DNA of 64,000 nt from Pseudomonadota bacterium. GTDB taxonomy: Bacteria; Bdellovibrionota_C; UBA2361; OMII01. The notes beneath the pieces were generated by a model. The model saw nothing but the letters and a program-made list of their open reading frames with translations. It had not been told where the DNA came from and searched no databases. Shown one piece after another: positions 53,275-62,845 of this stretch; the first letter of the stretch is position 1, and each line of letters begins with the position of its first letter. The stretch lies in the NCBI GenBank assembly GCA_038134595.1, contig JAYPVM010000011.1, forward strand, positions 1-64,000. The letters run 5' to 3'. The position numbers and the translations under genes were made by a program.

Positions 53275-53510
53275 CTCTCAAACTACGCTCATTTATTTCT
53301 TCTCTTAATCCTGATAGCAAATATCCTGATTAAAAAAGTCCAATAGCAACACGATACAACCAAGGCTATGTAACTAAGGATTAATTTCTATCTCAGACAG
53401 TGTCTACACATTCGTAGATATCAGACGAAGGTGGAATAGAGAGGCGATTTATTCTCTACAAACTTCAGGTTTCTGCTCCTGAACTCGGTACGGTAATTAC
53501 TGAACTGAAA

Positions 53511-55235
53511 TTAAGCTGATCCGAAAAGCACTCCCGCAGGTTGCTGCATAAAGAGAATCTGCGCGCGGGATTCTGGGCCATATTGAGAGCTACTCTCAAC
53601 GATTCCCACATCAGCTAACTCACGGTGTAGATAGATGTCACCAGGGATGATGGTCGCTCCATCGTCGCCACTCGAGTACACCCGCCGATTTTTATCGCTT
53701 AAAAGATAAAGATACACCCCACACCCTAAAGGAAAATTCGGTATGTCTCTTTGTTGCTTGTCCATCTCCACCAGCTCATTAAAACTCTTTGGCCATACCC
53801 CTTGAAGATGAAAGAAATCTCTCATGCTGTTATACACGGAGGCGCAATCTTGGGTTCGAGCCTCTGAAGCTCGCTCGGCTAGCTGTATCAATCGATCTCC
53901 GGGAATCATCGGCGTTTTTGGGTCTAAGCAACTGACAATGCGATGAAGTCTTTTATCATCTTCAATCGTTTCTTGTCCCTCTATGCTTGCACACGAGTCT
54001 GGTAGCCTCCTTAATAGCGCACTCGCAGTGGCCAAAGGTATGCAGCCACGTTTTCGAACCAATGCATCTTTAACCCCAGAGGAGACGGCGAAACTATCAA
54101 TGATTTGTTCATAAGAAATGCCAAGCAAATTATCCATTGCATCGATACGTTCTGCCACAAACAGAGCTGGTAGCACATTACGCTTTGCAAGCTTTGGTTC
54201 ATATTCATACTTATGTTTCGCCATTTCTATGAGTTCTGGCAAAAACACCCCCTGTGTTCGCTTGCCGGCTAGTGGCTCGGGTATTAGATTAGGATTTCTT
54301 TGCTTCCATTTCTTTATCGTTGAGAGTGTTATCCCAACCATCGCAGCAGCCTGCGTTACTGTAACGGTCGAAAGAAAAGTCGCTGCGTATTCCTCCGGAA
54401 TATACATTCCTAAGGGAGTCTTGGTTGCAACGCCTCCAACACGTGCTAGGTGCCGAAGTGTTCCTTCCTCCCTCATTCGAATGTGATTAAACTCAGGCGA
54501 ACTCGGTGAGCTAATTCGCTTTGCCTTATCTTCGGCGACCTTGATGATAGAACAAAACCGCTCCCCGTCAATCACGATGTCTTGGCGCCTCTTTTGATCT
54601 TCGACTCGGCTACGCCACAGGACAAGCTCGTCCACCTGCGCATCCGTCAGCCGAGTTCTTCCGAGAGGATCGAGAGTGAACGTCATCCCTTTTTGAGCGG
54701 CGTATGCTGTTAGGTAATTTACTGGCACGCCGAGTGTCTTCGCACACTCTGTTACGGTCATTCTGTGAGAGAGCGAATCAAGAAGCTGCTTTTGCTCTTT
54801 AACGACGCGTTCTCCTTTAGGCGATATGTATAGTCGCTTATCCAACGCATACATTAAGAGCTTTGGGTCTTCACTTCTTCTGGCAAAACTCGCTACAGTG
54901 TTTCTATGAATTCCTAATTCACTCGCCAGCGTTGCAACTTTTTTCCATCCCATAATTTGAGGCAGATATCCCCGAATTAACTGCAGAGCCTCTCGTCGGT
55001 CAAGCGGTTTGAGTCGTGGCTCGCACGTTGTTCCATCAGCACGCAGTGCCTTCTCGCTTAACGAGCGTGCAGGAACCCCTAGAAGAGAGGCAAGACTCTC
55101 TGGTGAGAATGTGCTCATCTTTTGGGCCTGCTCCTCTACAATCTCAATTATTCGCCTAACCTTAGGCATTCGGAGACACTCGCTGGTCAGATCAGCTTGT
55201 TTTGAGAAATGAATATCTATATTCGCTCGGGGCAT
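53511..55235 (-). CDS. Hypothetical protein with multiple MerR/Xis-like HTH units
   Basis: Repeated patterns such as LASELGIHRNTV, ECAKTLGVPVNYL, QAAAMVGITLSTIKKW. Confidence 0.7.
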   Translation of the reverse strand: MPRANIDIHFSKQADLTSECLRMPKVRRIIEIVEEQAQKMSTFSPESLASLLGVPARSLSEKALRADGTTCEPRLKPLDRREALQLIRGYLPQIMGWKKVATLASELGIHRNTVASFARRSEDPKLLMYALDKRLYISPKGERVVKEQKQLLDSLSHRMTVTECAKTLGVPVNYLTAYAAQKGMTFTLDPLGRTRLTDAQVDELVLWRSRVEDQKRRQDIVIDGERFCSIIKVAEDKAKRISSPSSPEFNHIRMREEGTLRHLARVGGVATKTPLGMYIPEEYAATFLSTVTVTQAAAMVGITLSTIKKWKQRNPNLIPEPLAGKRTQGVFLPELIEMAKHKYEYEPKLAKRNVLPALFVAERIDAMDNLLGISYEQIIDSFAVSSGVKDALVRKRGCIPLATASALLRRLPDSCASIEGQETIEDDKRLHRIVSCLDPKTPMIPGDRLIQLAERASEARTQDCASVYNSMRDFFHLQGVWPKSFNELVEMDKQQRDIPNFPLGCGVYLYLLSDKNRRVYSSGDDGATIIPGDIYLHRELADVGIVESSSQYGPESRAQILFMQQPAGVLFGSA

Positions 55236-55434
55236 TGGTACTACTTTTTTATTCGACTAATTGTATCAACAAAAAAGATACTTTTAGCACAGGTACGCCA
55301 CTGGCTCTAGAAAATCACGACTTGAGGCGTTATTTAAAACAGGTGGTCGTGTTCCCGGCAATCATTCCTCTAATTGCTACTGATTCCGACAGTTGGTTAT
55401 CCCCTCGTCCCTGTCGGTCTGCGCTAGCTGGAGG

Positions 55435-56382
55435 CTATTTCAGAACTAATTTAGACCATAATCCAAAGTTCCAGCGTTTGGCACTTTGAGGATTACCGGA
55501 ATCAATCGCTGACAGACTCTCTAACTTTTCAAAGAGCGCTGGTAATGACTTTACAGAATTATTATCAACATGAAACCTTACTTGTTCACCATTGGTTTCA
55601 ATATGAATTTCGGCATTAAGATGTGTGTACCCTTGATCTATTACCTTCAATACAAGAGAGGCGCTGTGCGAGGGTTCACTTGCTGATATAACATCTTCTA
55701 AAGTCACTTGCTCACTTGTACTGGTGTCGGTTTCAGACGCTCCTCCAAGTATAGCTGCCATAACTTGTTCCCCAACCTCTTGTTCGCTCTCGGCGGTAAC
55801 TTTACCAACCGCACGCTCCACCTCACTGGAACCTTTGCGACTTAAGTCCTTTACAGAATCCGCAAATCGCATCAGGCCCTGTAGCCTTTCTGCTTGGGTA
55901 GGAACATCTAACTTGACAGTCAATTGCGGAGCAGGCCAATCTTTCGTCCTAGATTTGCCAAAGTTTGCCTCTAAAATATCCTTTAATGCATAAACAACCT
56001 CACCTGCGACTGGAGGCTTCTTGGAAACAGCCGCGTTCAATGGGGCTACAACAATTAATTTATCAAGCTCTGCTCGTATATCAGCCTGAGATAGTCTTCC
56101 TAAGAGAGAAAATGTGTTGTTGGCAATAAGGGTCGAAAGAGCAGGTATTGTTTCAGCAGAGAGTTGGCTCTTTGGAGAAAAAGCAAAATTATTTTGCTCG
56201 CTGTAATATGAGACCTCTCCTAATTCAATTGTAACGGTAGCTTCATATTTAGAGTCCCTGATTCGCACAACAGAGGGCACTAGGTCCTCTCTGACTCCTG
56301 GGGATTTAAGGGGCTTCAGTGCTTCAGTAGCTTCTAGGATGTCGTCAAGACGAGATTTTCCGTCATCTGTAAATGGTGCCAT
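55435..56382 (-). CDS. Hypothetical protein
   Basis: 315-codon ORF with AAGGAGG RBS; no recognised motif. Confidence 0.75.
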   Translation of the reverse strand: MAPFTDDGKSRLDDILEATEALKPLKSPGVREDLVPSVVRIRDSKYEATVTIELGEVSYYSEQNNFAFSPKSQLSAETIPALSTLIANNTFSLLGRLSQADIRAELDKLIVVAPLNAAVSKKPPVAGEVVYALKDILEANFGKSRTKDWPAPQLTVKLDVPTQAERLQGLMRFADSVKDLSRKGSSEVERAVGKVTAESEQEVGEQVMAAILGGASETDTSTSEQVTLEDVISASEPSHSASLVLKVIDQGYTHLNAEIHIETNGEQVRFHVDNNSVKSLPALFEKLESLSAIDSGNPQSAKRWNFGLWSKLVLK

Positions 56383-56675
56383 AAACGCCCTCCTTCAGAT
56401 GCCTTATGTAACATTATGGCCTCTTAAGTAACGGCTAATCTGCATGTATTCTTTATAGTTTGAGCTCTGTTTTGTTCAGCGTTGGTCGGGTTTGCAAGGT
56501 GTTTTAGTTCATTATGAGGGTACGCAAAACACCTAACCAGTTTATTTCTATTCGAAATTCTGTTGTTTTATATCACAAATCCTTGGTGAAGCCCCATAAC
56601 CTCCATAGCTAGCAGTGATACCAGCCAGCACACAAGGTACGGCACTGGCATGAAGCTTCTAGGTAGGGTTTTCTT

Positions 56676-59600
56676 ATGGTTTCTATCGCACAAGGACAAA
56701 AACCAGCACGCACAACCGAGCCTCAGGCAAACACGCCCGAGCGAAATCAACTTGCAGAGGTCAAGGCGTCTGGCCCTGATACCGGGAATCTTCGAAAAAA
56801 TCTAATGCGGGGCGCTCAGTCTCAGACACAGCCAACAGAGAACACACCCCCTTCTATCGATCTTTCTCCCTTAAAAGAAAAAATCGCTCAGCTCGTCAAT
56901 CACGAAGCCTATCGCGGCTTACCTCAAGAGAAGCGCACACAACTGATAGATAAACAACTCGAAAAGCTTTCAAATCTCTCAGCCGATCAGAGAGTAGAGC
57001 TACGAGCTGAATTTGAAAAGCTGGATCAGATTCTAGTAGAGAAGCGCGACCGAGAGCTCCAAGAAACGATGCACCGTCTTGTTCAAGAGACTTCGCAAGG
57101 AGCCTTTAATGAAGCGAAACTCCAAGAAGCATACACGGAGCTTTCTCGCGTAGCTGGCAGAGGAACCTCTCAAGACGAATGGGCATCAATAAGAGCTGAC
57201 TTCGAACAACAGAGAAGTGACATTCGCCGCTCTGCCATGATTCGAGAGATAAGAACCCTTGGCAGGTCGTCAGTTGTTTTGGGGGAGTCATTAGATAGAA
57301 ACAAAACGGCAAATGCTATCGCTCGAATTCAAGAACGCTACGCTGACGTCGGATTATCAGGAAAAGAGGTTTCAAGCCATCTTAAGAGCTCCTACGAAGC
57401 TCAGTATCACACAAAGCTCTCAAAAGCTGGATTCTTTAGCAGGCAGTACTACAAGGCTTCCCGCTGGTTGGACGAAACGGGGGACTGGCTCGCAAACTCC
57501 TTTGACCGAGCAAAACAGACCGCGCAAGCTGCCGTTTCCAGAGTCAAGGCGTTTGGCAAGGGCGTTTTAGAAACTGGAGAGGCAGTGTTAAACGAGCTAG
57601 CAGATGCCGGAAAGGGACTAGTTCGGTTAGGTAACCAAGCTCTCGACGTTGCGCTAGAGCTTCGAGAAAAGGCCATCGACGGAATTAAAGCCGCTGGAAC
57701 AGCTGTCGGGGAGTTTGCATACGAGGTGATAACGGATCCAAAAGCTGCCGCAACGAAGGTTGTAAATGCCGCCATAGCCGTAAAAGATGCGGTAGTATCA
57801 GCACATTCATGGGCAGTAGAAAAAACTGCACAGGGTTTACTATGGGCTGCTGATACGTATGCATCCGTACAAACGTGGGTACGGGAAAATGGTATGAACA
57901 TGCTCAAGGCCACAGGAGAGATGCTCCTCAATGTTGGCGAGGGCTGTTTGCAAGCTGGTTGGGCTACTCTACAGACCGGGTGGAACCTTACTAAATTGGC
58001 CTGTGGTCAGATGACCTGGGAAAATTTCAAATCCGCATCTGTGGCCGCCTGGTCTGGCGCTGTCACAAGTTTTTCGGCCGCGGGTTCAATTCTTTATGCC
58101 GGGGCAGCGACTCTTTATGCCGGGGCAGCGACCGCCGGAAGCTTTCTAAAAAGCGTCTCAGATAGTATCGGTCTCACCGATCTAGCAGTTGGAATATATC
58201 ACAATACCGTAATGGTCCCTCACTTGCTCTACGATCTAGGTCTCTGCGCCATCGGCAAGCAGACCCTCTCGGGAGCATTCTCAAACGCCGCACACCACAT
58301 GTCTCAATCAGCTAGAGCACTTGTTGGAGCTGTAAAGTGTCTTGGTGAAGTCACAGGTATCACGGATGCCCTTATGGCGGGCAAACACCTTGTTCATGCG
58401 CTTGCTGCTTACGGTAGAGGTGAAGATATGCAGGCTCTTGCACATCTCGGTCAGGCCGCAATGCATGGCACATTTGCCGTAATGTCTGCCGGCGCTATCG
58501 CCGCCACGGTGGCAACAGGCGGCGCCGCCGCTGGCTCGGTTGCAGCTGTGATGGGCGGGCGTATGGCTGCCAAAGAAGCGGCGAAGGCAGTTCTAAAGAC
58601 CGCCGCAAAGGAGTTCTTCGAAAAGGGGGCAAAAGAAATCGGAGAATTAGCGCTAAAGAAACTAGGTGGTGAAGCCCTTTCCCTAGTTTCAAAAGAGATG
58701 GGTACCGCCGCTGTCAAGGAGCTGGAACAACAAGCTATAAAAGAGCTTGGCGAGGGAGCTTCTAAAGAAGCTACAACTACTTTGGTAGAAAAATTAGCCC
58801 TTCAAAAGCTAATCCAACGTGAAGGAGTCGCAACAGCAAAAGAGCTAGGAGAGACTCTTTCGAAGAAGACAGCCGGTGAACTTACCACAGATACCGTCCG
58901 CGAACTAGGTTCGGAAATCGGTGAGCGTAGAACCTCCGAGCTCCTCAAGCAACTCAAACTAAGTGAAACAGTAGATGATCTAGTTTTCGATGCACTAAAA
59001 AACCTCGACACAATGTCCCCTCGACAAGCCCGAGCCCACCTCATTGATACGTTTGGAGTTTCTAAGCGCGAGGCAAATCGTATGGCACGAGAGGCAAGAA
59101 AGGCTCTTAGAACCGGCAAGGCCGATGATGCGATAAAGCAAGTCTATGAGGATGGGCTCACCAAGCAGATCAGTGAAGTGATTCAAACCGATATGGAGCA
59201 GAGCTTCAAGGAGACATTCGGCAAAGCACTCCGTGGTCAATTAGATGAGCCGTGGTCGAAGACTCTGGCTAAGAATGTCGATAGCCAGGCGAAAAAACTT
59301 GGAAAGACTGTCGATGAATTCTCCGATGAATTGGTAGAAGCGGGTTGGAAGGGTGTTAAAGAGGGTATCGAATCTGCAACTCGAAAACTTGTTCGAGAGG
59401 GAATCGAAAATGCCTTTAAACGTTTTCGAGCTCGAAGTGCTAAGGTTCTATCACGAGACGAGTCGGATGCTATTGAGCATGAAGCTGAACCGACTACGCT
59501 GGCCAAAGAGGAGGCTTCGACAACCGAAGCATTGGAGGCTGTTGCGGACAAAAAGAGAGAAGCAATCCTCAACAAGGGAGAATCGGTTCCAACTCGTCAA

Positions 59601-59777
59601 TTCACAATCAATCAGGCTGACGGAACCACTGTCGTCATTACCGAAGTGCTCGATATCGCCACAAACAAGTGGATTCCAGCCGGAAAAGAAGTTGTCTCTA
59701 AACCAACAATCTCTTTGGCAAAAGAGGAACCTCCAAAAATGAAGAGCGATACTGACAGCAGGTCTCTTGCTGCTTAA
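56676..59777 (+). CDS. Large helical Ala/Gly-rich protein with central hydrophobic region
   Basis: 1033 aa; charged coiled-coil-like ends flank AVMSAGAIAATVATGGAAAGSVAAVMGG; no Sec signal. Confidence 0.8.
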   Translation: MVSIAQGQKPARTTEPQANTPERNQLAEVKASGPDTGNLRKNLMRGAQSQTQPTENTPPSIDLSPLKEKIAQLVNHEAYRGLPQEKRTQLIDKQLEKLSNLSADQRVELRAEFEKLDQILVEKRDRELQETMHRLVQETSQGAFNEAKLQEAYTELSRVAGRGTSQDEWASIRADFEQQRSDIRRSAMIREIRTLGRSSVVLGESLDRNKTANAIARIQERYADVGLSGKEVSSHLKSSYEAQYHTKLSKAGFFSRQYYKASRWLDETGDWLANSFDRAKQTAQAAVSRVKAFGKGVLETGEAVLNELADAGKGLVRLGNQALDVALELREKAIDGIKAAGTAVGEFAYEVITDPKAAATKVVNAAIAVKDAVVSAHSWAVEKTAQGLLWAADTYASVQTWVRENGMNMLKATGEMLLNVGEGCLQAGWATLQTGWNLTKLACGQMTWENFKSASVAAWSGAVTSFSAAGSILYAGAATLYAGAATAGSFLKSVSDSIGLTDLAVGIYHNTVMVPHLLYDLGLCAIGKQTLSGAFSNAAHHMSQSARALVGAVKCLGEVTGITDALMAGKHLVHALAAYGRGEDMQALAHLGQAAMHGTFAVMSAGAIAATVATGGAAAGSVAAVMGGRMAAKEAAKAVLKTAAKEFFEKGAKEIGELALKKLGGEALSLVSKEMGTAAVKELEQQAIKELGEGASKEATTTLVEKLALQKLIQREGVATAKELGETLSKKTAGELTTDTVRELGSEIGERRTSELLKQLKLSETVDDLVFDALKNLDTMSPRQARAHLIDTFGVSKREANRMAREARKALRTGKADDAIKQVYEDGLTKQISEVIQTDMEQSFKETFGKALRGQLDEPWSKTLAKNVDSQAKKLGKTVDEFSDELVEAGWKGVKEGIESATRKLVREGIENAFKRFRARSAKVLSRDESDAIEHEAEPTTLAKEEASTTEALEAVADKKREAILNKGESVPTRQFTINQADGTTVVITEVLDIATNKWIPAGKEVVSKPTISLAKEEPPKMKSDTDSRSLAA
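58091..58132 (+). repeat. Perfect 21-bp tandem duplication (LYAGAAT x2)
   Basis: TCTTTATGCCGGGGCAGCGAC at 58091-58111 and 58112-58132. Confidence 0.95.
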
Positions 59778-61321
59778 GAGACGATATCCGAGCCGTCATT
59801 TTGGTTGGATTCCAAAAGGTCAGGAAATGCCGATTTCTTTAGAAGGATTGTTCCATTGGCAACTGATATCGGAGAGTAGCTATCTGCTACCATCCTACGA
59901 AAGACATTTAATTCCTCTGGAGATATGATATTCATCTCCTTTAGATGCCACCAAATGTGAAAGTTTCCTCTCTCAAGGATAATGTCAGGTTTCTGGGCAA
60001 TTGTTTGCTCATAAGCAGAGTGTAGCAACTCTCGATATCGGTCTTTTAAAACTTCGCTCGTTAATTTTTTATAAAAAATAACATCCCATCCGAGCATAGA
60101 TCCTGAAACATCGGAGCAAAAAACAGGGTGAAAATGTGAGAATGCAGTGCATGTTTTTCTCTCGCCTTTGGTCAAACGTATTAATTCCATTAAATCAGTC
60201 TTTTTAAAATGAGTATCCCGTACTGATTGCAAACCGGACGTCGAAATCTCTGTTGCTATAAGTGCCATCGGCAGCGCTAGTGTGAGGCCTATCTGGAGTG
60301 GAACATTGCGTAGTCGGGAATAAATCTCCTGAAAAAGAAACGAAATTGCTACAGCTGACGGCACGATCAACATAAGCGCGTGGTAACTAGTGCCGTGATT
60401 ATGGAGTTGAAACGCAAAGGGATAGACAAGAATCAATCCGGCAACAAGAAGTCTTTTTCGTCGTTCTTGTTCGCTCGTGTTAGCCGCCATCATAACCATC
60501 GAGAGAGCCCCAGCTATCCCGACGATAACGATTGGCGATTCGAACAACTTCAAGCGATCATGAAGCGTAAGATGAACGAGGCCGTTTAGAACGAATACGT
60601 TCTCAAAGAAAAGGACGGCCAAATCATTATACACCAGCCATGAAACAAGGAGAGCTACTGGTGGCAAACTACCAAGACACACACACGCCCCCTCTCTTAC
60701 TATCCGCCGAAGTGGGACCGAGGGATAACGAGAAGCTAAAACCAAAAAGACAACAAAATAGGCGTGCCACGACTTGATTGAAAGACACGTTGCGATACCA
60801 AGCAAAACACCCGCCACAAAAAGAGTAGTATAGCTTAGTCGTTTTGCCCCAACGGCGGCTATTGCGCCAGTAATAAACACTGCCATAAGAACATCCGGAC
60901 GAATAAATATCCACTGACTATAGGATGCATGAACTCCCAGCATTAAAAAAAGAATCCCAATTGATAGCGCGCGCGGAATGCCTGCTATGGTCGGTAAGAA
61001 CGCTTTCGCTACCAGATACGTTGGAATCAACAAGAGCACTTGAATCATCCGCACGATAAGAAATGGCTTGATACTAGGAGATAGAGCTTTAACAAACGGT
61101 AGTAATATAAACCAAAAGATTGGAAGATGGTTTTGAGGAAAATCTCGATACGGCATATGCCCATTATTCATAAGATAGGTAACATGCATGTGTTCGATTT
61201 CATCGGGATTGTAGCCCCCAAAATAAGCAAGCAACAAAAAGCCAATAACGCTCAAAGCAATTCCGATCCACTCCCAGCGAGAAACCTTTAACGTGAAAAA
61301 CTTTTGGCACTTACCGCCCAT
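59774..61321 (-). CDS. Polytopic membrane glycosyltransferase (GT-C, ArnT/PMT-like)
   Basis: Many TM segments; first loop NPDEIEH...GHMPYRDF...HLP; later RPD. Start assumed at ATG 61321. Confidence 0.7.
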   Translation of the reverse strand: MGGKCQKFFTLKVSRWEWIGIALSVIGFLLLAYFGGYNPDEIEHMHVTYLMNNGHMPYRDFPQNHLPIFWFILLPFVKALSPSIKPFLIVRMIQVLLLIPTYLVAKAFLPTIAGIPRALSIGILFLMLGVHASYSQWIFIRPDVLMAVFITGAIAAVGAKRLSYTTLFVAGVLLGIATCLSIKSWHAYFVVFLVLASRYPSVPLRRIVREGACVCLGSLPPVALLVSWLVYNDLAVLFFENVFVLNGLVHLTLHDRLKLFESPIVIVGIAGALSMVMMAANTSEQERRKRLLVAGLILVYPFAFQLHNHGTSYHALMLIVPSAVAISFLFQEIYSRLRNVPLQIGLTLALPMALIATEISTSGLQSVRDTHFKKTDLMELIRLTKGERKTCTAFSHFHPVFCSDVSGSMLGWDVIFYKKLTSEVLKDRYRELLHSAYEQTIAQKPDIILERGNFHIWWHLKEMNIISPEELNVFRRMVADSYSPISVANGTILLKKSAFPDLLESNQNDGSDIVS

Positions 61322-62744
61322 TAGCCGCCCTCTGATTAACTTCTGGTGATGATACAAGCTTCTGCTCTTGGTAGTTTTCAAAATCTGAATTTAACTCCCA
61401 GAGGTTATGGTTTGCGTTTTGAGTTATGTTCTGTGCGGCAAGGATTCCCATCAGGATACTGTGGTCTTGATTGTTATATTTATATGCCCCATATCTTCCG
61501 ATCACAGAGAGGTTTGAAATCGAGTCAAGATATCGCTCTATGGGCGCAAGATCCTTCTTGTATCCACGGTAATATACCGGATAACATTTTGGTATCCGGT
61601 GAACATGAGAGTCCAATACATCAAACTGCCCTAATGCTTTCAAACTATTGAGGTCTCTTACAGCGATCTGCACCAATTCATCATCACTCTTCATCCAAAG
61701 ACTCTCTCCAGGAGACGCCCAAATCTCCAAGCACAAGACAGTGGTATCTAGGTCCTTATTCTCAGACCCCCAATTGCTAAAATTAGTGATTCTCCCAACT
61801 GCCAAGTGACCGTCCTGAATATAAATCCATTGGTCGGGAAAATGGTCTTGTCCCTTTACTAAAAGGTAGACCAGGAATGTACTACGGAACTTTAAGGCAT
61901 CAATATGGCTCTTAAGCTGGTCAGGTACGTGGCTCATTCCTTTAAGTAACGAAGAGATTGGCATGGTCGAGATAACTCTATCAGGCTTTAGTCTCATACC
62001 ACACTCAGTTACCAATTCAGTTATGCATCCTCCCTCTGTCGATAATGATACCAATTTGCGATTCAAATGGATCTTTCCCCCAAAACCCGCAATTCGTTGC
62101 GCCATCGTTTCATACAATCCACCAGCGCCCCCGCTAGGATAGACGAATACGTCCGCCAGCGTGCGGTGTCTTTTCTGAGCTTTGCGCGAGAACAACGATT
62201 TCAGTGCCGTTGCTAAATTAAGAGAGCGGATTCGTTGTCGGGCGAAATCGGCTTCGATTGCCGCACAGGGCAATCCCCACAACTTCTCAGAATAAGGTCG
62301 AAAGAATATCTGATACAAATAGTCTCCAAACGATCGGCGAAGCCACTCCTCCAAGTTCGAGACTTCACCGGCCATTCGTAATTTTGAAAGCCCATAACTC
62401 AGGATTGCTCGAGCCCCTCTTTGGAGAGAAAATTTGGAAAAAACATCCCAAGGCTCTAAAGGGTATGCATAAAGTTTCTCGTCAAATAGAATTCTCGTCT
62501 TTCTATTTATCGAAGAATAATCATCCTCCAGTACCTCTAGCCAAAGATTATTGACCAAGGAATTTGCACTAAAGAATCTATGTGGCCCTAGGTCAACCCG
62601 ATGGCCCCATAGGTCTATAGAGCGGGCTAGTCCTCCGACTTGCTTATCTGCCTCAAGAACAACAACTTCCTTGCCACATTTGACCAGTTCGTACGCGGCT
62701 GTTAATCCTGCAGGGCCTGCGCCTATAACAACAATTTGTTCCAT
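61311..62744 (-). CDS. FAD-dependent oxidoreductase (UDP-galactopyranose mutase / HemY-like family)
   Basis: IGAGPAGLTAA, VGGLARS, DLGPHRFFS, YSEKLWG, GRYGAYKYNNQDHS. Confidence 0.85.
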   Translation of the reverse strand: MEQIVVIGAGPAGLTAAYELVKCGKEVVVLEADKQVGGLARSIDLWGHRVDLGPHRFFSANSLVNNLWLEVLEDDYSSINRKTRILFDEKLYAYPLEPWDVFSKFSLQRGARAILSYGLSKLRMAGEVSNLEEWLRRSFGDYLYQIFFRPYSEKLWGLPCAAIEADFARQRIRSLNLATALKSLFSRKAQKRHRTLADVFVYPSGGAGGLYETMAQRIAGFGGKIHLNRKLVSLSTEGGCITELVTECGMRLKPDRVISTMPISSLLKGMSHVPDQLKSHIDALKFRSTFLVYLLVKGQDHFPDQWIYIQDGHLAVGRITNFSNWGSENKDLDTTVLCLEIWASPGESLWMKSDDELVQIAVRDLNSLKALGQFDVLDSHVHRIPKCYPVYYRGYKKDLAPIERYLDSISNLSVIGRYGAYKYNNQDHSILMGILAAQNITQNANHNLWELNSDFENYQEQKLVSSPEVNQRAANGR

Positions 62745-62845
62745 ATAACTAGATTTAGCACGTCAGTCTTAATGCATCTGACAGACCCATTCATCAGCGC
62801 GACTGACTATACGGCATAAGAGATAGAGTTGCCTAGTCGTATCTC

